64,000 nucleotides of DNA from Lama glama (Eukaryota), in the NCBI GenBank assembly GCA_028534125.1, contig CM052850.1, positions 22,878,001-22,942,000 of the forward strand, read 5' to 3'. This document shows positions 61,474 to 64,000 of the stretch, piece after piece (position 1 is the stretch's first letter; every line of letters begins with the position of its first letter). The notes under the pieces are model-generated. The model worked only from the letters and a program-made list of their open reading frames with translations, had not been told where the DNA came from and did no database searches. The position numbers were made by a program, and so were the translations under genes.

Positions 61474-63992
61474 TCAGATTCCTGGTCCGGGGGGGAGAGG
61501 GTCAACATTCTGTTCTTCCTTTGCTGGCCCCGGGTCCGAGGGAGCTCCACTTCCACGTGATAGGGGTGTCACACTGAGGATTTTCAAGAGCAGTTATTCC
61601 TTCGTCCTTCCTCTCCCCCATGCCCATAAAAACACCAGACCATTCTGCCCAACACTGTGGAATCCTTAGGGCCTCATCCTTACCTGCCCAGGTGTTGCAG
61701 CCAGAGCCTGAGGGCAAACTTGGTCCCTGTGCTGACCCTCTCTTGGCTGTCGGCCACGGCTGGGGTGGTCCGCAGCAGGGTGGACGTGGGCAAGGCCAGA
61801 GGTCGAGCTCCTCCGTCCTCTCTTAGTTCCACCGCACTGCAGAATGACAGCTCCTGTCTGTGCTGTGCCTTGTGGCTTCACCCACTTCATCTGATCCTCC
61901 CAACCACCAAAGGGAGGAGAGGTGGATGGGTGTTAATGCCCTTTTACAGAGAGGAGGGTTAAATGACTTGCCCCTATGAGAGAGTGGGCTGAAGCCCAGG
62001 TCTTCGGTGCTGGCTAGTTGGAGCAGGAACCCTTGGAGTATGATGGGCAGTATCTTTGATCTCATGTTCTCTCTCACTGTCAGTTAACCAACTCCCTAAA
62101 TCTCCCCCACAAAACAAAATTCTCTCCTGAGGAGGAGACAGAAGCTGAACTTCTCAATGTGTATGTGTTGGTGTGTTGGAGGGTTAGGGAGAAGCTCCTA
62201 CTTACGGGACAGAGGGTGGTAGGTCCTGGGGAAGATGTCTGGGTGTCTCTGCCCCATCCTCTGAGGCAGCCACTGCAGCTGCTACATCTGGTCCCAGCCA
62301 CATAAAGGCGCTCACCTCTCCTGGGTTTGGTTGGATCCGGGCCTGGGGCCAGACATGTTGATCCCTTAGTCACGGGCTTTCTCAGGAGACCTGTTTCTGA
62401 TCACAGCCTACCCACAGGTGGAGTGGAGAGACTTGGGGCAGGGGCCGGGGAGAGGCTATTGGATTTCTTGCTTATCTCTGACCTTCCCCTCCCCCACCCT
62501 AGCCATAGTGAGAACCAGTCCGCTTGGGTCTCCTAAGCCCCATTTCCTTCCTCTACTGCCAGCCCTACCTGCAGCTGCTGCTGTGACTCCTGGGAGATGA
62601 CAAGTAGATAGAGAACGATGTGATGGTATCTGGGGAGACCCCAGCTCAGCCTAGGAGGGTAGGCAGACTAAGAGAGAAGAAAATGGCGAAAGTAAGAACT
62701 TTCTGTCCCTTGAGACTTTGTAAATGCAGCCAAGGAAGTGGAGAGTAGAAACAATGCAAGAGGGACACGGGTAAGGGCTGTGGGGTTGGGGACTTCAGAC
62801 ACCCACACACCATCATTTCCCCTGTGGTCAAAGCAGCTAGGCCAGTTCTGTGGGCTTCGGTGGGTTAGAAGTTGTCGAGGGTTCTTGTTTAAGTAGGAAG
62901 AAACCTCTCCCAGGTCCTTGTCTCACCTCCCATAGCCCCAGAGGGACCCAAGAGAACTGGCCCCGGGGCAGCTGTAGTCCACTCTCCTCCCAAAGCTCTC
63001 GAAGCCCTCCGTCCAACAGCTGGGAGAGAGGGGGCAGGAGGTCAGAGAGGCCAGCACCTGACTCCTCCAAGTCCTGTGTTTGCCCTTCCCCTGGCCCCCA
63101 CCCAAGGTGATCCCAGACACAGTCCTTCCTTCAGGGCAGGGTGCAGGCTGGGTAAGGTGATCGGTTACCTCTTCATCAAGTTCCACATGCCCACCTGCAA
63201 CAACAGTGGGGCCAGTAGGTGAATGATGGTGTCCTTGGCCAGGGACCCCATGCAGTATTTACACCGCCCCCTCCTCCAGGGGGCACAGACGCTGTTGCAG
63301 CCCCTTGTGATTTTGGGACCTACTACATTTCTGGGCCTGCTTCTCTGTCATTCTCAGACTGGGGATAGCACTGTTGGGTGAAGGGAAAGTTTCTTTCCTG
63401 GACAGGGCCTTGTCCTCAGGGCGCTCACCTGGGGGTACCCAGAGGTTGGGTGAAACGTTGAGGGTGCGTGTCCTTCGGGTCAACAAGACGGTCTGATCGC
63501 TGGACTGCAGAATGACCGCCACACCCAGATCCACACCTCGATTCGTGGGCAGCTCGGCCCCAGGAGCCCCGGGCTGCTGGTCCAGGGCCGCAAAAGGGCA
63601 GAAAGGGGGTCGCTGGCGGGAGGGAACCACTTGGGTTATCGCTTCAGAAGCCGGGCGGGGCTTTCAAAAACTGGGTAGCATCGCACGACGGGGGGATGGG
63701 GGAGGAGGCCGAGCCGGGGCGATGGGCTCGGCCCGCAAGCCCCCGCCTCCCTCCCGATCCCAGTCGCGCCCTTCGGCCCTTCACTGCCCGCTGCGAAGCC
63801 CCTTCTCCCGACCTGGAGCGGAAGCCTGGCCGACGCGCCTGGGAATGGCCTGTCCGAGAGGACGAGCTGTCCCCGCTTCAGGCCGCAGTGCGTGGGCCCC
63901 GGCCTAGCGCCCAGGAGGCCACACACGCTCTGCGAGAAGCTCAGGGGCTCGGGGCGCCCGGAGCGGAGCAGCAGCAACCGCGCCGCGGCCAT
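61474..63992 (-). CDS. NUDT17: Nudix hydrolase 17, about 323 aa, 8 exons
   Basis: Exons 63992-63813, 63612-63429, 63194-63169, 63019-62927, 62667-62569, 62342-62206, 61836-61684, 61573-61474 (972 nt). Complete Nudix box [23 protein letters not shown] split across exons 3 and 4. Confidence 0.93.
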
Positions 63993-64000
63993 AGCGCGCC

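Overview
This is eukaryotic (mammalian) genomic DNA, syntenic with the human 1q21.1 block RBM8A(+), GNRHR2(-), PEX11B(+), ITGA10(+), ANKRD35(+), PIAS3(+), NUDT17(-). I rebuilt all seven genes exon by exon from GT-AG boundaries and phase continuity. Lengths: 174, 377, 259, 1167, 1002, 628 and 323 aa; GNRHR2, PEX11B and PIAS3 each have one exon partly hidden by N-runs. The tRNA-derived SINEs resemble the camelid Vic-1 family, so the source is probably a camel or alpaca (inference). Main points of interest: (1) GNRHR2 lacks both lesions that inactivate the human gene. (2) The roughly 3.5 kb between ANKRD35 and PIAS3 holds a minus-strand chain of exon-like segments with splice signals and scattered stops, running from the PIAS3 upstream CpG island; it may be a decayed gene or a spliced lncRNA. 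(3) A 5'-truncated NOP56 retrocopy sits inside that chain. (4) PIAS3 has several splicing/translation oddities: a duplicated in-frame 24-nt microexon candidate, a stop-introducing NAGNAG and an overlapping uORF. (5) There are two tail-to-tail antisense overlaps. Most entries in the supplied ORF track are chance ORFs or exon fragments. No CRISPR, rRNA or true tRNA genes were found.
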